A stretch of DNA of 64,000 bases. It comes from Sphingomonadales bacterium BRH_c42. GTDB taxonomy: Bacteria > Pseudomonadota > Alphaproteobacteria > Sphingomonadales > Sphingomonadaceae. Within the stretch, counting starts at the first letter, position 1, and the number at the start of each line of letters is the position of its first letter. The stretch spans positions 2,488 to 66,487 of the forward strand of contig LOEX01000107.1 of assembly GCA_001516125.1 (NCBI GenBank), given 5' to 3'. Below, in pieces: positions 8,049 through 16,469 of this stretch. The notes below the pieces were generated by a model that was given only the letters and a program-made list of their open reading frames with translations, searched no databases and was not told the origin of the DNA. Both the position numbers and the translations under genes were made by a program.

Positions 8049-9232
8049 GCCGTGGCGGGGAAGGTGAATTCCGCGACGGAGTTCTTGCACAGACATTCGG
8101 AAACCAGATCGCAATGGAAGCCAGCCTGAACGGCATCCTTCCGTTCGACGACTGGGTTTCCCTCAATACCCGCAAGGCGCAAGCCATGTTCGGCAATCAG
8201 GGCGTGCAGCCCGCCGCGATCTGGCTGGCGGCGCTGCATCCGCGCGCGCTGGAATATCTGGAACAGGCACCTGTCCTTGCGCTGGCGGCGACCTTCGGCG
8301 GCAAAGCGTCGAAGCGTGCCGAGCGCGCCTATGTTGCGATGAACTTCCGCCCGCTGATCGAACGCGGTGCGAAGCTGAAGGACGTCATGAAGGCGTTCCG
8401 CGTCGCCTATCCGCTGCGCGCCATATCCGCCAAGGCGATCCGCCCCGGCGTCTGGTCTATCCTTCAGGCGATCACGCGGCTGGTCGATCCTTCGACGATC
8501 AGCCAGGCCATTCCGGACTTGCCCACGCGGCACATGCACTGGCTTGGCGATCTGGACATTCTCTGGACCGTGCTTCAGCGCCGTGCGCCCGACGAACAGG
8601 CGAACGCGCCGATCCTGCGCTGGGCCATGCTGGCGCTGTCCCGCCACGGGCGGACGGGCGATCCGGCGGAAGGGCTGCAATCGGAACAGATCGCGGACTT
8701 CCTGATCTGCAACCGGGACCAGTGGAACGCGCGCTGGACGTGGGACCGGCTGATCCGTGAGACGCAAGCGTGGCACGAAGCCCTGGCGAACGCCGACATA
8801 GACCGGATCAATGACGGGACATATGATCAGGACGTCCCCTATGGGCCGTTCCCGGCGGAAGTGTCTCTGCCAGATCGGGACGGGACAACCTTCGAATTCC
8901 ATGCGCTGCGATCCCTTCGCGCGCTGGTGATCGAAGGCAAGGCGATGCACCATTGCGTCGCCAGCTATTACCGCGACATTCAATCTGGCCGCGCCCGGAT
9001 TTATTCCATCCGCAAGGACGGGAAGCGGCTGGCGACCGCCGAATTCATGGTCCTTCCGGGTCGGGTCCGCGCGGTCCAGATCAAGGGCGTCTGCAATGCT
9101 CGCCCGTCGAAGGACGTGATCGCGGCGGCCGACCTGTTCGCGCGGTGCATGACGGACCCTGACAAGGCGCTGCGGGGCTTGCGCAAGGCCACCCGTGACG
9201 CCTTCCGCGATGCGAGGGCGGCGCAATGGTGA
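8045..9232 (+). CDS. PcfJ-like domain protein
   Basis: C-terminal L.IEGKAMHHCVASY....SGRARIYSIR...RLATAE..VQIKGVCN. Confidence 0.85.
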   Translation: MSRGGEGEFRDGVLAQTFGNQIAMEASLNGILPFDDWVSLNTRKAQAMFGNQGVQPAAIWLAALHPRALEYLEQAPVLALAATFGGKASKRAERAYVAMNFRPLIERGAKLKDVMKAFRVAYPLRAISAKAIRPGVWSILQAITRLVDPSTISQAIPDLPTRHMHWLGDLDILWTVLQRRAPDEQANAPILRWAMLALSRHGRTGDPAEGLQSEQIADFLICNRDQWNARWTWDRLIRETQAWHEALANADIDRINDGTYDQDVPYGPFPAEVSLPDRDGTTFEFHALRSLRALVIEGKAMHHCVASYYRDIQSGRARIYSIRKDGKRLATAEFMVLPGRVRAVQIKGVCNARPSKDVIAAADLFARCMTDPDKALRGLRKATRDAFRDARAAQW

Positions 9233-9762
9233 AGCGCGCGATCTTCCAGCAATCCCGAAGGGGCGGCAAGAACTGGGCGGCTGGCCTGTCTCGCGGCGAC
9301 GCGCCGAAGAAGGCCAAGCGCGCGCCGCGTCCGCGCCCCGATCCGAAGCCGGTGGATGACATTGCCGATCTGCCAGCCGGTCCCGAAGTTCTGGGGCGTG
9401 TGATCGTGCCGTTCCCCCCGGTCGAGTTGTCGCCAAACTGGCGCGGGCACTGGTCGAAGCGGTCGCCGATTGCGAAGACCTATCGCCGCCTATGCTGGGC
9501 GCTGGCGCTGGAAGCGAAGCTGAAGGTTCCCGCCTATGCGGCTGGCGGCGGCAAGATCGCCGTGCGGCTGGACTTCTTCCCGCCGGATCGGACCAGCCGC
9601 GACGACGACAATGTTCCCGCCAGCTTCAAGGCCGGGCGGGACGGGATCGCCGACGCGCTGAAGTGCGACGACGCCCGCTTCCAGACGGTGAACGTCCTTC
9701 ATGACGAACCGCGTTCGTGCGTCGTGGTGACGCTGATCACCCCGGAAGGCGAAGCCGCGTGA
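9226..9762 (+). CDS. RusA-like Holliday junction resolvase
   Basis: PFPPVELSPN, FFPPDRTSRDDDN...KAGRDGIADAL..DDARF. Confidence 0.8.
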   Translation: MVKRAIFQQSRRGGKNWAAGLSRGDAPKKAKRAPRPRPDPKPVDDIADLPAGPEVLGRVIVPFPPVELSPNWRGHWSKRSPIAKTYRRLCWALALEAKLKVPAYAAGGGKIAVRLDFFPPDRTSRDDDNVPASFKAGRDGIADALKCDDARFQTVNVLHDEPRSCVVVTLITPEGEAA

Positions 9763-10322
9763 CGGACGCACTGATCTGTTCCGATTGCGGCACTGCGCTG
9801 GCACCTTCGAAGCAACGCAAGGGCACGCGCTGCAAGAGCTGCACCGCACGGGCCATGTCGCGCAACCCGGCAACGCGGGCGAAGATCAGCGCGGCCATGC
9901 GGAAGAACTGGTCCGATCCCGATCAGCGCGCCGCGCGCGTGGCGAGCATGACGGAAGCCAACCGCCGCCCGGACATGATCGAGCATCGCCGGGCGCTGGG
10001 CAAGGCGCTGAACAATATAGGGCGCTTCGCCCGCCCGCTTCCCGCCGGGCACCCTTCGCGCGTCCAGGCGGGCCGGACGCTTACCGAACGGCGGCTGGCA
10101 TGGTGCCCGCCAGCCTATCGCCCGCTTTATGCCCGCCTGACGGAAATCGACGGCTTCCGGGCAAAGGAAGCGCGGGCAATCGTGGAAGATCAGATCGCAT
10201 CCGATCTTGCCGCCATGCGGAAGGGGAGCCTGTCGCCCAGCCAGTTCATGGCGGCGCGGGAAGCCGCGCGCTGGATCAGGGAACGCGCCGCCGAAGAAGC
10301 GGCAAGGCAGGGAACATCATGA
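9759..10322 (+). CDS. Zn-finger / NUMOD-like DNA-binding hypothetical protein
   Basis: CSDC...CKSC followed by TRAKISAAMRKNW; GTGA coupling. Confidence 0.65.
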   Translation: MTDALICSDCGTALAPSKQRKGTRCKSCTARAMSRNPATRAKISAAMRKNWSDPDQRAARVASMTEANRRPDMIEHRRALGKALNNIGRFARPLPAGHPSRVQAGRTLTERRLAWCPPAYRPLYARLTEIDGFRAKEARAIVEDQIASDLAAMRKGSLSPSQFMAAREAARWIRERAAEEAARQGTS

Positions 10323-11173
10323 CGAAACCTTCGCGCCCGGTGCTGCGCTGGCACGGCGGCAAATGGCTATTGGCACCGTGGATCATTGAACACTTCCCGC
10401 CTCACCGTGTCTATGTCGAACCGTTCGGCGGCGCGGGGTCCGTGCTGTTGCGCAAGCCGAAGGCCTATTGCGAGGTCTATAACGACTTGGACGGCGACGT
10501 CGTGAACCTGTTCCGGCTGTTGCGTCAATCAGACGCGGACCGGCTGGTCGAACTGATCCGCCTGACGCCATTCGCGCGCGAAGAATTCGTCGCGGCCTAC
10601 GAAGCGTGCGACGATCCCCTGGAAAGGGCGCGGCGCTTGGTCGCGCGCAGCTTTATGGGCTTCGGGTCCGGTGGAGCGACCGCGAACAGCACGGGCTTTC
10701 GTTCGAACAGCACGCGATCCGGCACGACGCCCGCCGAAGATTGGGGCAACTATCCTGAAGCCTTGGAAGCCGTGATCAGGCGCATGAAAGGCGTCATTGT
10801 CGAGAACCGCCCGGCGGTGGACGTAATGCGGCAACACGACGGGCCTGAAACGCTCCACTACGTCGATCCGCCCTATCTTCCGGAAACCAGGTCGAAGTCC
10901 AGCGTCGGTTCGACGACGCCGAAAAACACCTATCGGCACGAACTGACGGTGGAAGACCATATCGAGCTTCTGGACGCGCTGACGGGCCTTTCCGGCATGG
11001 TGATACTGTCTGGCTATCCCGCGCCGCTATACGATGATCGCTTGCGCGGCTGGCAGCGCATCGAGCGCGCGGCCTTGGCTGACGGTGCCCGTGCCCGGAC
11101 GGAAGTTCTCTGGCTGAACCCCGCCGCCGCTGCAAAGTCAGATCAGCCCAGCCTGTTCGGGGAAGCGGCATGA
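10319..11173 (+). CDS. dam: DNA adenine methyltransferase (Dam/D12 class)
   Basis: LRWHGGKW, YVEPFGGAGSV, NDLDG, YVDPPY. Confidence 0.93.
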   Translation: MTKPSRPVLRWHGGKWLLAPWIIEHFPPHRVYVEPFGGAGSVLLRKPKAYCEVYNDLDGDVVNLFRLLRQSDADRLVELIRLTPFAREEFVAAYEACDDPLERARRLVARSFMGFGSGGATANSTGFRSNSTRSGTTPAEDWGNYPEALEAVIRRMKGVIVENRPAVDVMRQHDGPETLHYVDPPYLPETRSKSSVGSTTPKNTYRHELTVEDHIELLDALTGLSGMVILSGYPAPLYDDRLRGWQRIERAALADGARARTEVLWLNPAAAAKSDQPSLFGEAA

Positions 11174-11616
11174 AACTGGTCGCCGCCCCTATTTCGTTCA
11201 GGGACGCCGCCGCGTTCGTGAAGGTGCATCATCGCCACCATACGCCCCCCGTCGGTCACAAGTTCAGCATTGCGGCATATGCGGACGGCGAACTTGTCGG
11301 CGTTGTGATCGTCGGACGTCCCGTCGCCCGCCGCCGTGACGATGGGTTCACCCTGGAAGTGACGCGGCTTTGCACGAATGGGCATCCGAACGCCTGTTCC
11401 TTCCTCTATGGCGCGTCGGCGCGTGCGGCCTTCGCTTTGGGTTATACCCGGATCGGGACATATATCCTGAAGTCCGAACCCGGCACGTCACTTGCCGCCG
11501 CTGGCTGGAAGGTCATTGCCGAAACGCCTGGAAAGTCGTGGTCCGTTCCGTCGCGCCCGCGATCCGACAAGCATCCGCTGGAACCGAAGTTGCTGTTCGA
11601 AAGGACGGCGGCATGA
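11170..11616 (+). CDS. XF1762 family (Mom-like GNAT fold) protein
   Basis: HHRHH..P.GHKFS, GV.IVGRPVAR..DDG.TLEVTRLC, NACSFLYGA, TYIL.SEPG.SL.AAGW. Confidence 0.85.
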   Translation: MKLVAAPISFRDAAAFVKVHHRHHTPPVGHKFSIAAYADGELVGVVIVGRPVARRRDDGFTLEVTRLCTNGHPNACSFLYGASARAAFALGYTRIGTYILKSEPGTSLAAAGWKVIAETPGKSWSVPSRPRSDKHPLEPKLLFERTAA

Positions 11617-12728
11617 GCTGGGAAACCCAAAGCTGGGCGGCGAAGCAACGCCCCGGATCAGCATCCGCGAAACTGGTCCTTCTGGGGCTGGCGTCGTGCG
11701 CCGATGCGAACCATTGCGCCTTCCCGTCGATCCAATGGCTTTGCGACTTCAGCGACCTGAACCGCAAGACCGTGATCGCAGCACTTCAGCGGCTGGAAGA
11801 CGGCATGTTCCCGCTGATCGAAGACACGGGCGAGCGGCGCGGGCGGACGCTTCAGGTGAAGGTCTATCGGCTGGCGGCGGGGGTTGAAGGCGCGTCCGCC
11901 GATCCCGCTTCGCAAACAGTCCCAAAAGCGGAACAGTCCCAAAAGCGGAACAGTTCCGGTTCTTCCCGGAAACAGTCCCAAAATAGGGACACGGAACCTG
12001 TTTCTAACCTTCTACCCCCCTTAACAGCTAAAGCTGTTAAGACCCCCAGGGGTTCACCTGCCCCCGATTTCAATGATGGATCGAAGGGGGAAGGACAGGC
12101 ACCGGCTGGGCGTGCTGGCAGGCGTGGTTCGCGTGGAACCCGGCTTCCCGAAGACTGGGCACCGCCGCCAGCGGACCAGCTTCAGCCGATGGCGGGGAAA
12201 CTGGTCCGGCAATGGCCGTCCGGTGCCTATGAGGCGGTTTGCGAGACGTTCCGCCTGCACTGGCAGACGGAGACGCGGGCTATCGGTTGCAAGCGCGACT
12301 GGGGCGCTGCGCTGGCGAAGTGGCTGATCAATGATCATTCGAAGATCATGCGGGACGCGAAGGCGGGCGTCAGCTTCGCGCACCTTGCCCCGGCGAAGCC
12401 GTCGGGATCGTCACCCGCGCGCCCGCCGCGCCCGGTTGCCGCCAAGGCGAACGAAGACGAACGATCCAAGGCGATCAGGGAGCATCTTCGCCGCGCGCTG
12501 GGCGCGGTTATCTATGACCAGTGGATCGAACCTGTCGCCGTGATCTGGGACGCGCCCGGCGTCGTGGTGATCGCGTCCAGCGAATTTCAGCGATCATGGA
12601 TCGAAGATCACTTCCAACCGAAGATCATGGCGGCGGCGCGCGCCGTCCTTGGGTCCGGCGTGCGCTGGACCCGCTTTCAAGTCGATCAGGCGCAATCAGG
12701 ACAATCCGGCAGGGAAGGACGGGAATAG
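11613..12728 (+). CDS. Replication initiator (N-terminal HTH, C-terminal DnaA domain I-like)
   Basis: AKLVLLGLA..AD...CAFPSIQWL HTH; RGTRLPEDW; C-terminal LG..IYDQWIEP...SSEFQRSWIEDHF; internal iterons. Confidence 0.85.
   Translation: MSWETQSWAAKQRPGSASAKLVLLGLASCADANHCAFPSIQWLCDFSDLNRKTVIAALQRLEDGMFPLIEDTGERRGRTLQVKVYRLAAGVEGASADPASQTVPKAEQSQKRNSSGSSRKQSQNRDTEPVSNLLPPLTAKAVKTPRGSPAPDFNDGSKGEGQAPAGRAGRRGSRGTRLPEDWAPPPADQLQPMAGKLVRQWPSGAYEAVCETFRLHWQTETRAIGCKRDWGAALAKWLINDHSKIMRDAKAGVSFAHLAPAKPSGSSPARPPRPVAAKANEDERSKAIREHLRRALGAVIYDQWIEPVAVIWDAPGVVVIASSEFQRSWIEDHFQPKIMAAARAVLGSGVRWTRFQVDQAQSGQSGREGRE
11915..12040 (+). repeat. Putative phage origin: iterons plus AT-rich palindrome
   Basis: AACAGTCCCAAAAGCGG x2 in tandem (11915-11948), AACAGTTCC, AACAGTCCCAAAATAGG (11971-11987); TTAACAGCT-AA-AGCTGTTAA (12021-12040). 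Confidence 0.75.
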
Positions 12729-12730
12729 CA

Positions 12731-13351
12731 ATGGCGAAGTCACGGAAGAAGAACAGGACGAAGCGGGCACCGGGCAGCGCGCCCAGTGTGAGGCAGGCGC
12801 ATCCGATCATGCAACAGGCGGTGAGCAACGGTGCGCGGCTGGAACGCGGCACGTTCGAAGTCGCCCAGGTCGAAAACCCCTATGGCGAAGTGATCATCCG
12901 GGGCGAGCTGCGCCGTCACAAGGCTGTCCGCCGCGTGCCGCATTTCGAAACGCTCTATCGGTCCAAGGTGATCGACCGGACCGTGTTCGCCTGTCTTGAA
13001 TGGTATGCGGATCGGCTGGCGCTCGCCCAGTCGGGCTTGATCAAGTGCGGCCTGGACACGTCGGGCAGCGGCGGCGGATCGGCGGCGCACCACATTCCGA
13101 CGACGGAAGCGGCCATGCAGGCGCGTTCGGACGTGGACTGGGCGCGCGGCTTCATTCCCGACAATGACGTGCGGGCCGTGTTCGACGGCGTGATGGAAGA
13201 CGGGGACAGCTTCGCCGCCATTGGCGAGCGCGTCTATCCCCATGTCTGCGCGGACCGGGCGAAGCGGAAAGCGTCGTCGGCATTCAAGATCGCCGCGAAC
13301 TATTTGCTGATCGGGATCGGCGCTCATGTCGTCGGGAAGCAAGCGGCATGA
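12731..13351 (+). CDS. Putative late-gene regulator (Q-like position)
   Basis: C-terminal HTH-like GDSFAAIGERV; last early gene before the late promoter/terminator. Confidence 0.6.
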   Translation: MAKSRKKNRTKRAPGSAPSVRQAHPIMQQAVSNGARLERGTFEVAQVENPYGEVIIRGELRRHKAVRRVPHFETLYRSKVIDRTVFACLEWYADRLALAQSGLIKCGLDTSGSGGGSAAHHIPTTEAAMQARSDVDWARGFIPDNDVRAVFDGVMEDGDSFAAIGERVYPHVCADRAKRKASSAFKIAANYLLIGIGAHVVGKQAA

Positions 13352-13379
13352 TCGTCAACAGTCTTCAGCCGGGAAATGA

Positions 13380-13465
13380 TTGACAACGCACATGGACTTG
13401 TTAGTGATCAGTCATCGTTTGAAGTTGCGTCCGGCGGCGGTGTTCCGTTCCGGGCGTTTCTTTTT
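13380..13465 (+). promoter_or_regulatory. Late promoter followed by terminator-like hairpin (pR'/tR'-like)
   Basis: TTGACA at 13380-13385; stem GCGTCCGG/CCGGGCGT (13427-13457) followed by TTCTTTTT. Confidence 0.55.
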
Positions 13466-13480
13466 CTAGCCCTCCCTTTC

Positions 13481-13792
13481 GTGGCGAAGCGCCCCCCCAA
13501 TTTTCAAACCCGCCCCCCCTCCAGGAAACGGGGCTGGTCCGCCACCACACGGCGAACGCGAACCGAACGCGGCTATGGCTGGGACTGGGAACAGCTTCGG
13601 GCGCGGATATTGAAGGGCGAGCCGCTTTGCCGTTCATGTCGGAAGGAAGGCCGATCAGTCGTCGCCACGACGGTCGATCACATTGTCCCGAAGCACAAGG
13701 GCGGGACTGACGCTGAAGGCAATCTTCAGCCGCTCTGTGATCCATGCCATCGGGCCAAGACGGCACGGGAAGGCCAGTCGTCGCGGCGCTGA
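13481..13792 (+). CDS. HNH endonuclease (packaging-associated, HK97 gp74-like)
   Basis: RGYG.DW..LR, EPLCRSC, VDHIVP..KGG...NLQPLCDPCH..KT. Confidence 0.92.
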   Translation: MAKRPPNFQTRPPSRKRGWSATTRRTRTERGYGWDWEQLRARILKGEPLCRSCRKEGRSVVATTVDHIVPKHKGGTDAEGNLQPLCDPCHRAKTAREGQSSRR

Positions 13793-13899
13793 AGCGCGCG
13801 GCGTGAAACGCAACCGGAAGCGGGCCATATGTCCGTCCATCCGTCGATCTGAACACAACCGAAATCGCAAAGGCTGGCGTCACCGGAGACGCGGACCCC

Positions 13900-13962
13900 A
13901 AGGGGGGTCTTAATCTCTGGGAGCGCCAGCCTTCCGGACCGGGGGTGGGGTCAAAAATTTGC
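13900..13962 (+). other. Candidate cos site
   Basis: Between HNH and terS: GGGGGGTCTTAATCTCT...GACC-GGGGGTGGGG-TCAAAAATTT, resembling the layout of HK97-type 3' cos regions. Confidence 0.5.
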
Positions 13963-14016
13963 GCAGTCAGATTGAACTTTCCGGCGCAATTGAATTCTCC
14001 AGATAGGGGGTCCGTC

Positions 14017-14202
14017 GTGGCGTCGATTTCTCTTGACATTAACAACATCGTTCGTGGCCGCTTGTCGGTTTCCGTCACTTTGAAGGGCGTCCGCCTCTTT
14101 AACTTCCGGCTGAAGGTGGCGATTGCCGTCATGCGACTGGCGGGCTGGATCAGTCCCGTGCCGTTTGACGTGGCAGTCGAAGAACATGAAACCCGGACCT
14201 AA
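14017..14202 (+). CDS. Small hypothetical protein between cos and terS
   Basis: GTG start after AGGGGG; 61 aa. Confidence 0.5.
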   Translation: MASISLDINNIVRGRLSVSVTLKGVRLFNFRLKVAIAVMRLAGWISPVPFDVAVEEHETRT

Positions 14203-14596
14203 GCCCCAGACAGCCGTCACGAAAGCCAAGCGCGGAACACTTCGTCCGGACCGCGACGGGGGCGGGGCGGTCCAGTTGATCACGGCTGGCGATCCGCCTT
14301 CCATGCCGGACTACATGTCCCCGGCGGCGCAAGACATTTGGATGGAAGAAATCAGCCGCGTCATGGTTTCGGGCGTGTCGGAAGTCGATAGCTCGCTGTT
14401 CGCGACTTACTGTTCGACCGAAGCCCTGGTCCGTGCGGCGTTCATTGCTGGCGAACCGCCGCCCGCTGCATACCTGACGGAGCTTCGCCGGATGCGCGAA
14501 CTACTCGGCATAGCGGGACCGCGCGTGCGCCAAGGGGCGAAGAATGGCGTCACGCAAACCGAAAACCCGTTCGCGAAGAACGGCAAGCGTAGCTGA
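14186..14596 (+). CDS. terS: Terminase small subunit (P27-like)
   Basis: MKPGPKPQ....K..RGT.R.DR, P.P.YMS..A..IW, C-terminal NPF. Confidence 0.85.
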   Translation: MKPGPKPQTAVTKAKRGTLRPDRDGGGAVQLITAGDPPSMPDYMSPAAQDIWMEEISRVMVSGVSEVDSSLFATYCSTEALVRAAFIAGEPPPAAYLTELRRMRELLGIAGPRVRQGAKNGVTQTENPFAKNGKRS

Positions 14597-16469
14597 CGGC
14601 TTCGAAAGCGAGTTCGTCCAGACGGCGGTCCGCTTCGCGGAAGCCGCTGTCAAGGACCGGAAACGAAAGGAGAATTGCGAGTTCGTCCGCCTGGCGGCGC
14701 GGCGGTTTCTGGACGATCTGAAGCGCGCCAAGCGCCGGAACTGCGAGTTCTATTTCAGCGAATGGCACGGCGATGACGTCTGCGATTTCATCGAGAAACT
14801 GCCCCATGTGCAAGGTTCATGGGAGACGCCGACGCTGACGCTGGAACCGGCGCAAACCTTCGTGCTGGTCAATGTCTTCGGCTTCCGCCGAAAGTCGGAT
14901 GACCGTCGGCGCTTCACCCGCGCCTATATCGAAGTCGCCCGGAAGAACGCGAAGTCCACGCTGACGGCGGGGATTGTGCTTTACTGCCTCACCTGCGAAG
15001 GCGAGCTGGGGCCGGACATTGTTGTCGGCGCGACGACGGGTGCCCAGGCCGATAAGGTCTTCAAGCCCGCGAAGCAAATGGTGGATCGCACCGCCGCGCT
15101 TCGTGAAGCCTTCGCCCTGAAGGCGTGGGCGCGGTCGATCACATGCGGCGACAATGGCGGATCGGTTCAGCCGATCAATTCGAAGTCGTCCACGCAAGAC
15201 GGATGGAACCCCTACGTCGGCGTCCTGGACGAACTTCACGCGCACAAGGATCGCGGCCTGTTCGACGTGATCCGGTCCGCATTCGGCGCGCGGAAACAGC
15301 CGCTAATGTGGATGATCACGACGGCGGGCTATAACGTCCACGGCGTTTGCTATGAACAGCGGACCTTGCTGGTCAAGATATTGAACGGCGCGGTGACTGC
15401 CGATCACTATTTCGGGATCATCTTCACAATCGACGAAGGGGACGATCCCTTCGACGAAGCCAACTGGCGCAAGGCGAACCCGATGCTGGGCAGCGCCGTC
15501 GATCTGTCGGAATTGCGCGGCTATGCGATTGAGGCGAAGGCCAGTCCGGAAAGCCTTGGCGAGTTCCTGACGAAGCGCCTGAACGTCTGGCTGAACGCCG
15601 CCAGCGGGTGGCTGTCCCCGGCGCAATGGAAGAAGGCGACGATTGAAGGGCTGGACTGGTCCGACTTCCACGGGCTGGAATGCACCGTCGGCGCTGACCT
15701 TGCGGACAAGGACGACATTACCGCCGTCGTCATGATCGGGCAGACGGAAGACGGGAAGATCATCGTCAAGCCGAAGTTCTTCATTCCGGCGGCGGCGCTG
15801 GTCCGCGAGACGCAAAGCGACACCGGGCAATCGACCTATGGCGTCTGGTCCGGGCACGCCGCCAAAGAGGGAATGGGGGGCGGACCGCCGCTGGACGATG
15901 ACGATCTGGAAGGCTTGCCGCCGCTGTTCGAACTGGACGACGACGGGAAGCCGATCTGGGACAAGCCGCTGAAGGAACTGCCCGCCGAATGGCAAGGTGA
16001 CTTGCTCACCACGCCGGGCGATTTCGTCGATCACAACACGGTCGAAATGTTCATTCGCTGGCTGGCTTCAACCCAGTCGGTTCGCAAGATCACCTTCGAC
16101 CAGTTCGCCGCCGCCCAGCAAATGGCTTCGCGGCTGAACGAAGACCTGGGATCGCCGGACGATCCGATTGCCGCGATCCTTCACAAGTCTGCGGCGAACG
16201 TGACGAACCCGGCGAAGGAACTGGAAGCGCGCGTCCGGGCGAAAGACCCGGCGAAGCACATAGGACACGACGGCAATCCGGTCATGAACTGGATGATTTC
16301 GAACGCAGTTGTGACGCGGCATGTGAACGGGACGATCATTCCGAAGAAGGAAAGCCCGAACAGCGCCAACAAGATCGACGGAGTGGACGCCATGATAAAC
16401 GCGATTGCGCCGATTGTCGTGGTGGAGACGGACGCCGGTCCGGCAACCCTTGAATATACGGGGCTATGA
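14544..16469 (+). CDS. terL: Terminase large subunit
   Basis: EVARKNAKST Walker A, VLDELHAH Walker B, ITTAG, GADLA..DD, KIDGVDA. Confidence 0.95.
   Translation: MASRKPKTRSRRTASVADGFESEFVQTAVRFAEAAVKDRKRKENCEFVRLAARRFLDDLKRAKRRNCEFYFSEWHGDDVCDFIEKLPHVQGSWETPTLTLEPAQTFVLVNVFGFRRKSDDRRRFTRAYIEVARKNAKSTLTAGIVLYCLTCEGELGPDIVVGATTGAQADKVFKPAKQMVDRTAALREAFALKAWARSITCGDNGGSVQPINSKSSTQDGWNPYVGVLDELHAHKDRGLFDVIRSAFGARKQPLMWMITTAGYNVHGVCYEQRTLLVKILNGAVTADHYFGIIFTIDEGDDPFDEANWRKANPMLGSAVDLSELRGYAIEAKASPESLGEFLTKRLNVWLNAASGWLSPAQWKKATIEGLDWSDFHGLECTVGADLADKDDITAVVMIGQTEDGKIIVKPKFFIPAAALVRETQSDTGQSTYGVWSGHAAKEGMGGGPPLDDDDLEGLPPLFELDDDGKPIWDKPLKELPAEWQGDLLTTPGDFVDHNTVEMFIRWLASTQSVRKITFDQFAAAQQMASRLNEDLGSPDDPIAAILHKSAANVTNPAKELEARVRAKDPAKHIGHDGNPVMNWMISNAVVTRHVNGTIIPKKESPNSANKIDGVDAMINAIAPIVVVETDAGPATLEYTGL

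Noticed and set aside
7901-9436. Long antisense ORFs (also 18669-20072, 26513-27973, 55524-56702 and others)
   Set aside because: These are shadows of GC-rich sense genes with no recognisable motifs.
11915-11987. Mini CRISPR or DGR repeat
   Set aside because: The repeats are short, tandem and intragenic with no spacers; no cas or reverse transcriptase gene is in the window.
15841-16010. Intein in terminase
   Set aside because: Too short and lacks N-terminal Cys/Ser and C-terminal His-Asn splice motifs.
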